NCBI GenBank assembly: GCA_965235115.1
Contig: OZ249451.1
Coordinates: 10,044,001 to 10,108,000 of the forward strand
Direction of reading: 5' to 3'
Length of the DNA: 64,000 nt
From: Laetmonice hystrix
Taxonomy: Eukaryota
Made by a program: the position numbers and the translations under genes. Positions 35,525-47,000 of this stretch are shown one piece after another. Below the pieces are notes generated by a model. It did no database searches and was not told where the DNA came from. It saw only the letters and a list, made by a program, of their open reading frames with translations. How positions within the stretch are numbered: position 1 is the stretch's first letter; every line of letters starts with the position of its first letter.

Positions 35525-36614
35525 GTAGGAACTATACTCCTTAATTCTAATGTCACTTGGGTGCAGTGGTTATCATGAGAGTTATCACTTCATTCTCTCG
35601 GTCCTGGAGCTGCAGGGATAAAATCTTACGTAAAGTGCGGCCGTCAGTGACTTCTGCTTGATGGATGAAGACACCTCAGGTAGTATTTAGTGCCAGAGAC
35701 GTTTTAGTGTATTGTCTTTGGTGTCACGTAATATTTCCTACTCAATCTCAGTTTTTCTGTGATACAGTCCTTTATTGGAAGCGATATTTTGGTTATTCAT
35801 ATACAACATTCTTTTTAGACGACCCGCATATGTAGATGTTCCTGTAGATATAAGTAAACAGCATGAAAGTTGTTAACGAAGGAATTCATTTACATCTTAG
35901 AGACTAGAAAAAGCTACGAATGATACAGGTAACGGCGAATGATTTATTAGGGAAGTAAATACACCATACCACGGAGGAAGCTGAACACATTTTGTTCTCC
36001 GAATATCAATAGTTTTTATCGTCAGATTCTCTCCATATTTGTGGATCTCATTACCGACATGTATGTATATATACAGTTTTTTTCGTTGAGCATCTCAGTG
36101 TACATGGAAATATGGTCCAATTTGAAAACAGGAAGTAATTAACAGCCATAGATTTACAGTTATATTAAAGAAAACTGAGCTGGCCAAGCCTTGAATCATT
36201 TATAGAATTTGAGGAATTGCTGATAGGTAAAAATGAAACAAACTATATTATTGGATATATAAATGAGCAGTAATGACAAGTGACGAATGACGCACAAGGT
36301 TGACCTACTACGTTGGTCTTGCCGCCACTTCCTTGAGTACATGATGCTAGAATAATTTTCCACCTTTCCGAGCCAACACGACCCGTGTGCAGATACTCTG
36401 CTAAACTTTATGTTAAACTTGGCCTCAACACCCGTCGGCAACTTCCAAGTGGTGCACAAGTAACGCCAACATGTGGAAAAACATTCACGCAACGCCATTA
36501 GCCTTTCCCCTGCCAACCATCAGGCGTCGCCTAGCGCTCGTAGTTACCATACCGACCACCAGACGGCTCTAGTGGTGGTGGCGCTGGGGGCGGAAGAGCG
36601 GCGGGCAGATGTTG

Positions 36615-36628
36615 GTTGCCATGGCAGC
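36615..36628. promoter_or_regulatory. RFX X-box-like motif
   Basis: gttgccatggcagc (one mismatch to GTTGCCATGGCAAC) in a GC/CpG-rich patch (36500-36720). Motif match only. Confidence 0.35.
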
Positions 36629-37393
36629 GTGTGGAAGTTGTCTGAAGATGTGGAAAAACAACTGACCGGAGATTTGGCGGTCAGCGTGGTGCGTTTGATC
36701 TATTGACCGCCAGGTGGTGGTCAGTTAGTAAGAAGACTCTGAGGATCTCATGTGAGCGGGTCAAATAAGTACACAAACAAGGGAAGAGGAACTAATTTTA
36801 TACGCCGAGATGTTTTGCACACGTGTGTGTCTCAGAGGGGTCGTATATTTGATATAAATATGTATGTATTGGGTTAAGGTTGGCTGCAGGGAATTCTGTG
36901 AATATTTTTACCCGGTCATTAAACTGTAAATTATTGCACTGGTGTTTTTACACTTCAACTCCAGCTACTGCATCTTATGGTACAGATTATAATTCTACTG
37001 CGTACATTACTGTAATTCTCATAGGATCTTGTCATATGGTAGATGAAGAAGGATGTACCTGAATTGCGCGAATATCTATTTGAAGTTTTACCACTCTGTC
37101 GTGTGGAGTATATTGATGTCAGAACGTGGTATTTCTCTATGTCCTCACCAGGATACAACATCATAGCAATGTTTGCTGATGTTGGGACTGGACTGACCTG
37201 TCTGACCCCTGTGGCATTTACACTCAGGGCAATTATGAATTCAACTCTGTGATACGACAGGGCATCATTAGACTGTTGCGTGCACAATTAATTCAGCCGT
37301 CTCACTGCAATCAATTTTAGTATGACCTTTACTTGACCTTCGATATGGTGGTGTCAATCATTAACCTTAGATGAAAACAAGACAAGTGGACTT

Positions 37394-37616
37394 CTGGGGC
37401 GGGTTGCACTAACGGTCTTACGGGTTAGGACTGAATTTAAGACCAGACCTACTGAGTGTCATGCCCCCCAGGCACTTCATATCTACCTGAGTTTCAATAA
37501 CCCTTGAGATATAAAAGTTGACGAATTACATTTAAATTATGGATATTAGCACCTGTTGAATGTAGGACTGGTCCTTCAGTCCTAACCCGTAGGACCGTTA
37601 CTGTAACCCGCCCCTG
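37394..37616. mobile_element. MITE/foldback element with ~55-bp imperfect TIRs (223 bp)
   Basis: ctggggcgggttgcactaacggtcttacgggttaggactgaa...gaccagacctac vs gtaggactggtc-cttcagtcctaacccgtaggaccgttactgtaacccgcccctg; few mismatches over ~40 bp, then extension past an indel; no TSD found. Confidence 0.8.
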
Positions 37617-37635
37617 GATAAAACACGAGGGCACG

Positions 37636-37649
37636 GTTACCATAGTAAC
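37636..37649. promoter_or_regulatory. RFX X-box-like motif
   Basis: gttaccatagtaac fits GTTRCCATRGYAAC. Motif match only. Confidence 0.35.
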
Positions 37650-38355
37650 ACACTCCGCGCCCGGGTTTAGTCGGTAATATCCGAGCGGGACAGGCAGAAC
37701 TGTGGTAGGGGATGGAACTTGCTTGGAGGATGCAATCCCACGTAACAGTGTCACTGTAACGGTATTGCTTTATGGTCAGGACAAATCCTACATCCCGGAT
37801 TTCTTTTCATATATCTTTCCGACAGAGGGCGCCAGCGAAGAGCTCAGTTTGTGAGTCTGACAGTCGGTGGGTCGGCGCGGTAGCACGGAATGTGTATCTA
37901 GACCCCGTTCTGACTGTAGGTCGGGGCTGGACTATGGACAGCTCCCATTACGCGATTTGAATGTAATTGTTGCACATGGGTGGAGAATGTGGGGAAGTGT
38001 CAATTCATCCGCTGGAGGGAAGGCAGGATCGCTGAGACGTTGACAGCAGGGATGGGACGTCTACACATGGCGGACACGAGGTGCGGGTTGGTGGGGGGAT
38101 AAGCTGTCTCCATCTGACAGGGCACAAATTGAATGGATAAGTTCTGTAAAACAATGGGATTGAGATGATTAATGGGTTCAGAACCAGCGGGGAGGGAGAG
38201 ATAGAGAGAGAGAAAAAACTGAAAACCAAACGAGAACTGGTGCACTTCTTGGGATAAAAAGGATTTTACATCTTTTAGAAACGAGGATTATGGTCCCTTT
38301 CAGGAATTAGGGCTGAAGGCTGGTGAATTTAGTGAGAAGGAATTCAATCTCTCCT

Positions 38356-38498
38356 NNNNNNNNNNNNNNNNNNNNNNNNNNNNNNNNNNNNNNNNNNNNN
38401 NNNNNNNNNNNNNNNNNNNNNNNNNNNNNNNNNNNNNNNNNNNNNNNNNNNNNNNNNNNNNNNNNNNNNNNNNNNNNNNNNNNNNNNNNNNNNNNNNN
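38356..38498. other. Assembly gap (143 N)
   Basis: Run of n, followed by short (ta)n/(tc)n. Confidence 1.
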
Positions 38499-39446
38499 TA
38501 TATATATATCTCTCTCTCGGTAATGTATGCAATTCTTCATCCTGTAGTATGATTTGTCACTGAATTCTCTGTTGAATAGTCCCCCTCTCTCTTTGCGGCA
38601 GATCCCCAGGTCTATAGAAGGATATCGTTTCATTCAGGTGGAATTGTTGGAAAAAAGGCACTCAACGATTTCTTTTTTCTTTTCCTCTTTTTTTCTAAAC
38701 TTTAGTAATGCCCAATAGATTCCATAAAAAACTAATTGTATCTCTAACTGAAAAGGAAGTGGCATAGTGTGTAGAAGAGTTCAATCTGATTTTTTTCCAA
38801 GTTACACGAATTTAATTTCGCTGAGGAATAAGGAAATCCAAGCCGGCAACCATCTGAGGAAGAAAAACCTGAAGGGATTTGATTATATGATTACAGTGGT
38901 CAGTTTACCGGCCGGGGTCCCATCTCACTTCTGCTCACGTCTGCCCGATTCTGCCGAGTCTGGGACCCACTCTGACCTTGGCGGGATCCAATGACCTTTC
39001 AATTGATTAGATTCCACCAATTAGCGGCCGCCGCAGCTGGTGCGCGTGCGCATGGCGCCGCCGGCCATGCTGATGGCGCGGGTCCCAGACGATGGAGGTC
39101 GTTTTGGAAACTGGGCCAGGGGAGGTTCGATTGGGGGACGGGCATTGAAAGCCTAGAGGCTGCTCGTTTTGACCACAGCACCTGATCCTCAGATTGACGG
39201 AGGGGTAAGGGGTTTACGCAGGGACCGGGGAACAAATACGGCTAGTGGCATTGGATCAGGGCTCGTGACATTGGATCAACAGGCTTGCAAAATGACGTGG
39301 AGGTGGCGACCTGTTAAGAAAACTTAATTAAAGCAGTTATCTTTTCAGTTTGTTTTCATTGATATAAGACGTAATTCACAAGATACAGTATCCCTAAAAG
39401 GCGTCGTGTAATAGCAATGAATTCTGCAACCAACTCGTTGAATACC

Positions 39447-39676
39447 GTACCAGTAATTAATTACCATTAAAAACCACTGTAGGTATCACACGACATATAA
39501 GTACCAGTAATTAATTAAACCAGTAAACCACTGTAGGTAACAAATGACATATAATTACCAGTAATTAATTAAACCAGTAAACCACTGTAGGTAACAAATG
39601 ACATATAATTACCAGTAATTAATTAAACCAGTAAACCACTGTAGGTATCACATGACATATAAGTACCAGTAATTAA
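39447..39676. repeat. 54-bp AT-rich minisatellite, ~4.3 copies
   Basis: taccagtaattaatt recurs at 39448, 39502, 39556, 39610, 39664. Confidence 0.92.
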
Positions 39677-41673
39677 TAACGCGATACATACCAGTACCAG
39701 TAATTAAAGGAAACAGTAAACCACTCTAGGTTACAAGTGACAGGAGGAGCTATGGAACCGCCTTGAAGGCCCACGTTGTCTGAACTCAGCGGCCGGTAGC
39801 ATGAGGTTGTTCGGTAGGTATTACTGGGAGTATTAAACACCCCCGCCAGCCTACCGCCGGCGGGACCAATGAACCATTTACAGGCGCAGGCACCCTCCCA
39901 CATACACGATACACAATTCAATTTACATCCGCCCCTTGCGGCTTTCACACATTAGAGGATGGCACATTAGAGGATGCCGTGCCCGTCCCATGATGCACCG
40001 CTCGGAGGCTTTCATTTGGCTGTGTTGGTACTAGCCGTTATTGGAACTTTGCCGGCCAGAGAACGTTAGAATTTCTGCTACGGTTTGGTTCACGTTCATA
40101 GCAGGCTCGTTAGAATCAAACATTATTGCATTCGAGATTCCATAGGCTGTAGACGAAATACAAAAGAATACCCAAATGAGTATCAAATGGATCGATTTAT
40201 TAATTACATATGGCACTGAAATCAAACTTCTACCCTAATGAGTTATTGTTTCTTGCGCTCTGTTTGTCTTGATTATAGTTTATGTTTTGTTTTATTGACA
40301 CAACATCCTCCTTCGCTGACAGTATCCGGATTTAGTGTGTTAGTTAGTCCTTGATGACTATAAATAGATTGTATTCAATATTTAATATTGCTCCATAGAA
40401 GAACCGTAGCTACAGACTGTTGTCAGAGCTGAACTACAAATACCCATTGTCCTAACCACGGGACGAATGGCTCGGTCGTCGTGAGACATGCACCGACCGA
40501 GAGTAGCAATCGGCAGTCGTCCAAGTCCCCAGTCACAAGTCATCCCCGAGAGATTCCAGCGATTCTCAGCACCAAAAATACCTCGGAACAAAATATAAGC
40601 AATGAGGTCTGTGCACTCTTGGATCCCAACCCTTGACATTTTGTCAATTTTCTGTGTGATCCATTTTTCTATAGTAAAAGGGCATGCTGTGGGTGGGTTT
40701 GACGAGTTTTTGGATAGTTGCAGAGTTTATTTGGGGTGAGATGTTCCTTCTCCACTTTCTCCATTATGCTGGTTTGAATAGGGCCTTAACATAAGACTAC
40801 CTTTAAAATTTAATATCTCTTGGTTCGCAGAGATAAATATAAGGAAGGCCTAAGATAGGGATAATATGTGTTAGTCTGATTGTAGCATTGAGAGGTAGTG
40901 TTAGAAACTAGCGGTTAGTGCTAGCGGTGTTAGAAACAAATTTATTATAATGATTGTATCTAAATAAGTATGAAGTGCATGGTGATTCGTAAACAGAAAT
41001 CCTCTCCTGTTATAATATATGCGATATATTACACACATCAAGCAGAACTTTGGTTAACTTCTGTCTGCGGAAATCTTGCGGGGATAATATTACAAACTAA
41101 TTAAGTGAGTAGCATTTACACAGAAGTTTCACAAATATCTCAAATGAGAAGACTCAAAGACAATAGATTAATCGTACTCTCAGTGTGCTGATTCTAAATC
41201 TGTTATGGAAATCATGAAAGTTGAAGTAATCCTTTAATCTTACTACCTTGAGATGAAATGGCAGTGCCAAACAGAATTATTGATTCCGTCCGATAGTACT
41301 GATGGATGGCTGATCCCAGCAGAACCAGGGATATTATGTATACAGATATATAAATCTATGTATCTATGTATGGAATATTTCTTCTCTGGATCAGAACAGC
41401 ATATAAGAAGGAATATTCGGAGGGATTTAACAAAAGAATATATATAAGCTGCAGTTCAGAACTTTGAAAGAAAGTTATTTCTGTTGGTGGTATAGGTAGT
41501 GGTGCGTGGTGTTTTCCTTACGAAGGGTGCGTACTTTGTCATTTCCTTCCACTAATAAGGATTCTTTTACTCCCGAGTATCTCTCTTTTTCATGTTGTCA
41601 TTTTGGTAATGTATAGGCCAGTATATAATTGTATCCTCTCTGTCTCTCGCTATCAGCATCCCGCTAACTATCA

Positions 41674-42168
41674 AGCGTCTCTCAGTATGTGCCTGTGTCT
41701 CTATACTGTATACGGTTGGGGAGGTGCAATGGGACCTGCAGTTTGAGATATCCTTGTATATTATATTGTCATCCAAGTGGGTGATCGTGTCTGTATCAAT
41801 GTGAGCGTCTCGCAGTGTGTGCCTGTGTCTCTATACTGTATACGGTTGGGGAGGTGCAATGGGACCTGCAATTTGAGATATCCTTGTATAATATCAAGTG
41901 AGTGATCGTGTCTGTATAAATATGAGCGTCTCTCAGTGTGTGCCTGTGTCTCTATACTGTATACGGTTGGGGAGGTGCAATGAGACCTGCAATATGAGAT
42001 ATCCTTGTATATTATATGTCATCCAAGCGGGTGATCCTGTCTGTAACAATCTGAGCGTCTCTCAGTGTGTGCCTGTGTCTCTATACTGTATACGGTTGGG
42101 GAGGTGCAATGGGACCTGCAATTTGAGATATCCTTGTATATATCAAGTGAGTGATCGTGTCTGTAACA
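41674..42168. repeat. 121-130-bp tandem repeat, 4 copies (long/short alternation)
   Basis: agcgtct(c/c)tcagt..tgcctgtgtctctatactgtatacggttggggaggtgcaatg recurs at 41674, 41804, 41925, 42054. Confidence 0.93.
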
Positions 42169-42193
42169 CCTTAAGGAGCGGGCCCCACTGTGA

Positions 42194-42484
42194 GCCCCCC
42201 CCCCCCCACACACACACACACACCCGTCCGATAACAAACCCCGCTCGTATCGTAAGCTCTCGGCGCTGATTGACGAGCTACAAGACAAGTTTTACGACCA
42301 CACCAACACCTTGGTTCACCAACATAGATTCACTCAGCGGCGCTGGGACAATCCTCTCGCGTGCAACCACCGCCACAACCACCATTACAACCACCACCGC
42401 CGGGAGGATGCCAGCCTCCACCGCCGACTCCTCCGTTGTGCCATATCCTACAGGCGCCAGGCGGCGGCGATCAGGTCTTTGTAG
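42194..42484 (+). other. GC-rich stop-to-stop open frame without ATG, protein-like, origin unknown
   Basis: ...DNKPRSYRKLSALIDELQDKFYDHTNTLVHQHRFTQRRWDNPLACNHRHNHHYNHHRREDASLHRRLLRCAISYRRQAAAIRSL*; 5' part disrupted by poly-C/(CA)n. Confidence 0.3.
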
Positions 42485-42881
42485 TGTAGAAAGTGAGCGA
42501 AATCCAGCGTGACGTATTACTGTCGTAGATACGATAGGTGAGGATGCGCGTGTTTTCGGTGCAGCGGGCAGCTGGCGGCGAGCAGCGCGTGAGAGAATGG
42601 AGGGAGAGATGGCGAGCAGGGGACCGGTCGATCACTGCCACTTCCTGCCGGAGGTGTAGTCGGTACCACGCTCACATGTAGACGTACTCACCCACCCGTC
42701 AGCCCGCCCGTCCGTCCGTCCGCGTCCGGGCGAGTGGACTTGCTCGGTTTTAACTCTATTGATCTCCTGCTCCGTCACCGAGCACCAATCGTATACTGCG
42801 TACTACTGTTACTGAGGCCCCGGGGTCCGTGAGGGCTGTGAGCCCCCCACCCCCTCCCCCGGGGAGCAGGAATCTGTCGTC

Positions 42882-44042
42882 ATGGCACCCCGGGTACTGG
42901 AGGCACGGTTGTCATCACAGTAACAGATAACGGACACGAGGTCGTCACCATCAGCCGAACCACCTGCTACAGGCGGTCATCAGGACAGGTGGCGAGTGGT
43001 CACTGCTCCTACGTCCAGCCTGGCAGGGAGGGACGTAGGCCAGCTGAGAGCAGAGGTTGTGTCTGTGTGTGCCTACCTCACGACCAATCCGGATTATCTT
43101 CCGGGGATTAAAGGATTTAGGCGGTGGTTCAAGATGGTGGATTAACTCAGCTGAGTGCTGGCTAAGGGCATGATGTTGAAGAGGTTCGTTGGGTACTTCT
43201 GCCAGCAACCGACCTTATACAGGGACCAACGACAGAAGGCCTCCGACCAGGCCGGCCCCCCGGACCAGGCCGGGCCCCTGGACCAGGCCAGGCCCCTGGA
43301 ACAGGCCGGGCCCCCCGACCAGGCCCAGTCCCAGACTAACATCACAGACCAGGACCAACCCCCAGGAAAGGTCTCGGGCCCAGCCAAATGCCAAGGATGG
43401 GCCTTGGGCCTCGACCAGGCACATGGAAGGGTTTGGGGTCAGAGCAAGGGGCGGGGCAGAGTACCGGATACTTGGCAAAGGAGGCCATTGAACAGGGCTA
43501 ATAGTCAGGATACGATCATTTGGGAGGACAGGGAAGGAGGTCCAGCCAAGACACTGGAGCGGGACAGGGCACTAAGTGTAACCCTAGGTCGAAGGCAATA
43601 CCGCAGTCTGAATCGTCAGCCAGTTAAACACGTGGGCCAAGACCGTCGGCTTGATCAACACGTGGGCCAAGACCGTCGGTTTGATCAACACGTGGGCCAA
43701 GACCGAAGGTTTGATCAACACGTGGGCCAAGACCGCCGGTTTGATCAACACGTGGGCCAAGACCGCCGGTTTGACCAACACGTGGGCCAAGACCGCCGGT
43801 TTGACCAACACGTGGGCCAAGACCAGCGTCCTGATGAACACGTGGGCCGAGACCGTCGGTCTGACCAGCACGTGGGCCAAGAGCGCCGGTCTGATCCGGG
43901 CCCGGGTCAGGAGAATCAACCTAATCCACAGCTGGGACAAGGCCGTCGTACTGATCAGTGCATCGGACAGGATCCATGTAACCGTGGCCTCATGAAAGGA
44001 AGGCGAGGTGGGTTTTATCTGAATAATCTTGTTACGTTATAG
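42882..44042 (+). pseudogene. Decayed ~386-codon ORF with internal 6-aa and 10-aa repeats (possibly a mobile-element or viral gene)
   Basis: ATG at 42882 in frame with ORF 43155-44042; three in-frame stops (42921, 43143, 43152); segment QLRAEVVSVCAYLTTNPDYLPGIKGFRRWFKMVD*LS*VLAKGMMLKRFVGYFCQQP; DQAGPP-type and HVGQDRRFDQ repeats; no splice signals needed. Confidence 0.4.
43628..43897 (+). repeat. 30-bp tandem repeat, 9 copies (HVGQDRRFDQ)
   Basis: Unit acacgtgggccaagaccgtcggtttgatca. Confidence 0.95.
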
Positions 44043-47000
44043 TGGACCTGGGAGGTGCCATTGAGAGGTTTAAGGATTATGTGAAATCTTGGACGATTAT
44101 GGAAAAAATATCATCCTGTTTAAAAACCATGGAAAGGTTACTGAAAGTCCCCAAAAGAAGACAGTTTTAAAATGTAAAAACGGTTGAATTTTTGAAAGTA
44201 ATTAAATTAAGAAGACATTTAACATTTGACGCCCTTTTGTCCCTGACCATTGTGTCATTGCCCGGACGACCGCGTTATATGTGTACATCCTGGCCCCCAG
44301 TTAGGACGCTTGTATCTATACCGTGTGAGGGTCCCTCCGGTCGTCTGCCAAGGGCTGAACTAATCTAAATGCTATGATTGTCTTGAGACAAGCCCCCAAG
44401 GAGTTGTGAGCCACATTGTCAGTGTTGGTACGGATTTATACGGATGGTAAATTGGACGTCGGAGTTGGTTCTTTGTTTAGTATCAGGGTGTGGGGGTTTA
44501 TTGGCAGTGTGGATGCTATAGTAAGGCAGTCTGGCGGGAACAGCAGGGGGAGCCTGCCGCCAACACCGCCGCTCGATGAGGACTGTGCTCTGACATTTCC
44601 TCCTTACGACATTGTGATTACAGCCATACATCTCCACATGGCTGGATGAAGGTGGTGGTTGGCGGGGGGTGGGGGTGGGGACCTTCCGACAGAATGTACA
44701 GGGACGGCCCATCTCCATTTGTACGCCGGTCTGACAGCCACATGCTATTATGAGACTACTTGGGAGTCAGTGATGTGAAGCCAAGTCCCAGTGGGATCCA
44801 GGTTGGCGCTAGCTGATCCCCTTCCCAGGTTCCCACACCGTCTCCCCTCTTTATCACGTCCATACAAACCGACAACGAAAAAGGTCCTTTCCTCACCCGT
44901 CAATTGATAAACAAAGGGCATTCAGGCACACGTGATTTTGTTTAACGTCTTCATAAACATGTCATAGTAAGTCATTACGGTATGTTTACTATGTCATGGA
45001 CGTGGGATTCCAGATCTATAAATAGGTATGTTGGGGGGGATATTCCGCTTTTAGCCAATCAGTTGGCGTCTTTCGTGAGATGTTGGGCATGACCCTTTAA
45101 CAAACTATAATGTTGTTTCGTGTCGTAGCATCTTGATTCCGATTTACATGAGCACCTCCGACTTGTGACATTATGTCGATACGTTTCTGTATTCAATTCT
45201 TTTATAATTCATTTGTTCTAGGCCTGCACATTCGATCTTAATCATAAATACATTCGAGTGTTTTTAATCTTGCCAACAGGTATTTCATCGAAGCACTTGC
45301 GTCCATACTTAGTCTTAGCTTTCTTAGTCCTCAAACGTAAGGAGTCAGTTACTGGAGTGTAGATCGTATTTAACACATTTCGACATTCTAATCTTTATTA
45401 ATCCCAGAATTCATTTGCCGTTAATAAATAGCGCATATTATGTCGCTTTCGTTTAAACCAGGAAGTTATTTCCCTATTCAATGGAAATAACTGATATCGT
45501 GATTATAAGCTTTTCCATTTGGGGCGTAAAACAGTCTTCATTTAAGTCATTCAGATTTAACGGGGAACTGAATGTGTTTGTGAGAGTAAACCAAGCGTTT
45601 TTAATAACATTCTAAAAGGGTTGATCGTTGGAACAGAGCAGACTGTAATTTATCACCCAAATATTGGATAATTATGATGACCGTGTTGATCGATTCACAC
45701 CATGTTATCATGCGATCTTGGAGCATCACATTTTTTAAATCCGACTGATGACCCAGCAATCCAATATTCTACGTGTACTAAAGTACCATGTGTAACGTTT
45801 AAAGGTAGACTCGTGTTTTAACCAGGCTGGTGCCTTACGCCCGTTATAATTATGTTTATTTATTCATGGTATAGAGATTTAAGGTAACAGAAACATCAGT
45901 ATTTACATTTTTGTACCTGAGTTGACTGTGATTTACTGATTATGACAATGACAGATACTAGGTGCACTGTGTCTCGCACGTGTGCACTAATTCTAAACGT
46001 ACTTCGGAAGGAGAGAAAAACTTTTGTTATCAGACCTCGCACAGGTTTGTCGTGGAAGCTTTAATTGCAGAGCGATGCAGCGCACGGAAACAATTCGTGA
46101 AGTCATTTAATGTGAGATTGTTCCTTTGTTTTAATTTTTTATCTTTTGATTTTTGTCATGAGAGAGAAGTTTATTGAACAAAGATGAAACATTTTACCAA
46201 GTGTTATTAATGTGTTGCTGCGTATTGACTACTGTTAAATTCACCTGTCTGGCGCGATTTCTAATTATTTCACAGAAATTCAAGGTATTTAGGATTGAAT
46301 TATTTAAATGGCATTGATGGGAACAATTCTGAGACTAATTTGATATCAGAATTAAAGGGAATTAAGAAACTCGTTGAAGTGCAAAGAGCTTTAGTTGGGA
46401 GGGCAATGTTTTAATGTGTTTTAATACCACCAGTCCTCAACGGATATTTTTAATGTCGGCTTCGATTCGGGTTGAAGTGGAAACACTTCAGGGTCTATTT
46501 TTTCTTTATATCTGGAGCTTTACTGCCAGTGGTACCTGAACTAGTAATGAGTTTTAAGGATAAGATATTAACATCGTATGAATGCAAAATAGGAGCAAAA
46601 ATGTTTTGCTAGGGAATGAAATCAGTGGTAAGGTTCTCTTCATAGGTTTCTAATAGATTTTTTTTTCAACCTATAAAATTTTTTTAAACTAAATATACCC
46701 GGAATAGGTGAATCGATTGTTAGATCAGACAAATTATGAATTTAATTTCAAATTCATAACATCTCTGGCAAGAGAAAGTTTCTCTAATAACATAATGGTT
46801 CCTCTGACCCACTTTCAATAATTTAAATTAAAAGTAAATTGATTTTTATACTCCGTGCCACACTTCCAAGGAAAATAGGAACACACTCATTCAAATTTCA
46901 GTTCCCTACAGAAGAGGAAGGAGCGAATTTTATCCAATTCCCACTCTGTTGAGGAAAGTGGGTCAGGGTCGATACTTGAATCAATGGTGACGGTAGGGCT

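Noticed and set aside
37043-37252. ORF KDVPELREYLFEVLPLC... as a further rols/TANC exon
   Set aside because: No convincing phase-1 acceptor/donor pair and no recognisable TANC motif.
14648-37616. Three unrelated MITEs of 223-224 bp
   Set aside because: Different TIRs and interiors, boundaries uncertain by a few bp, and other copies differ in size; treated as coincidence.
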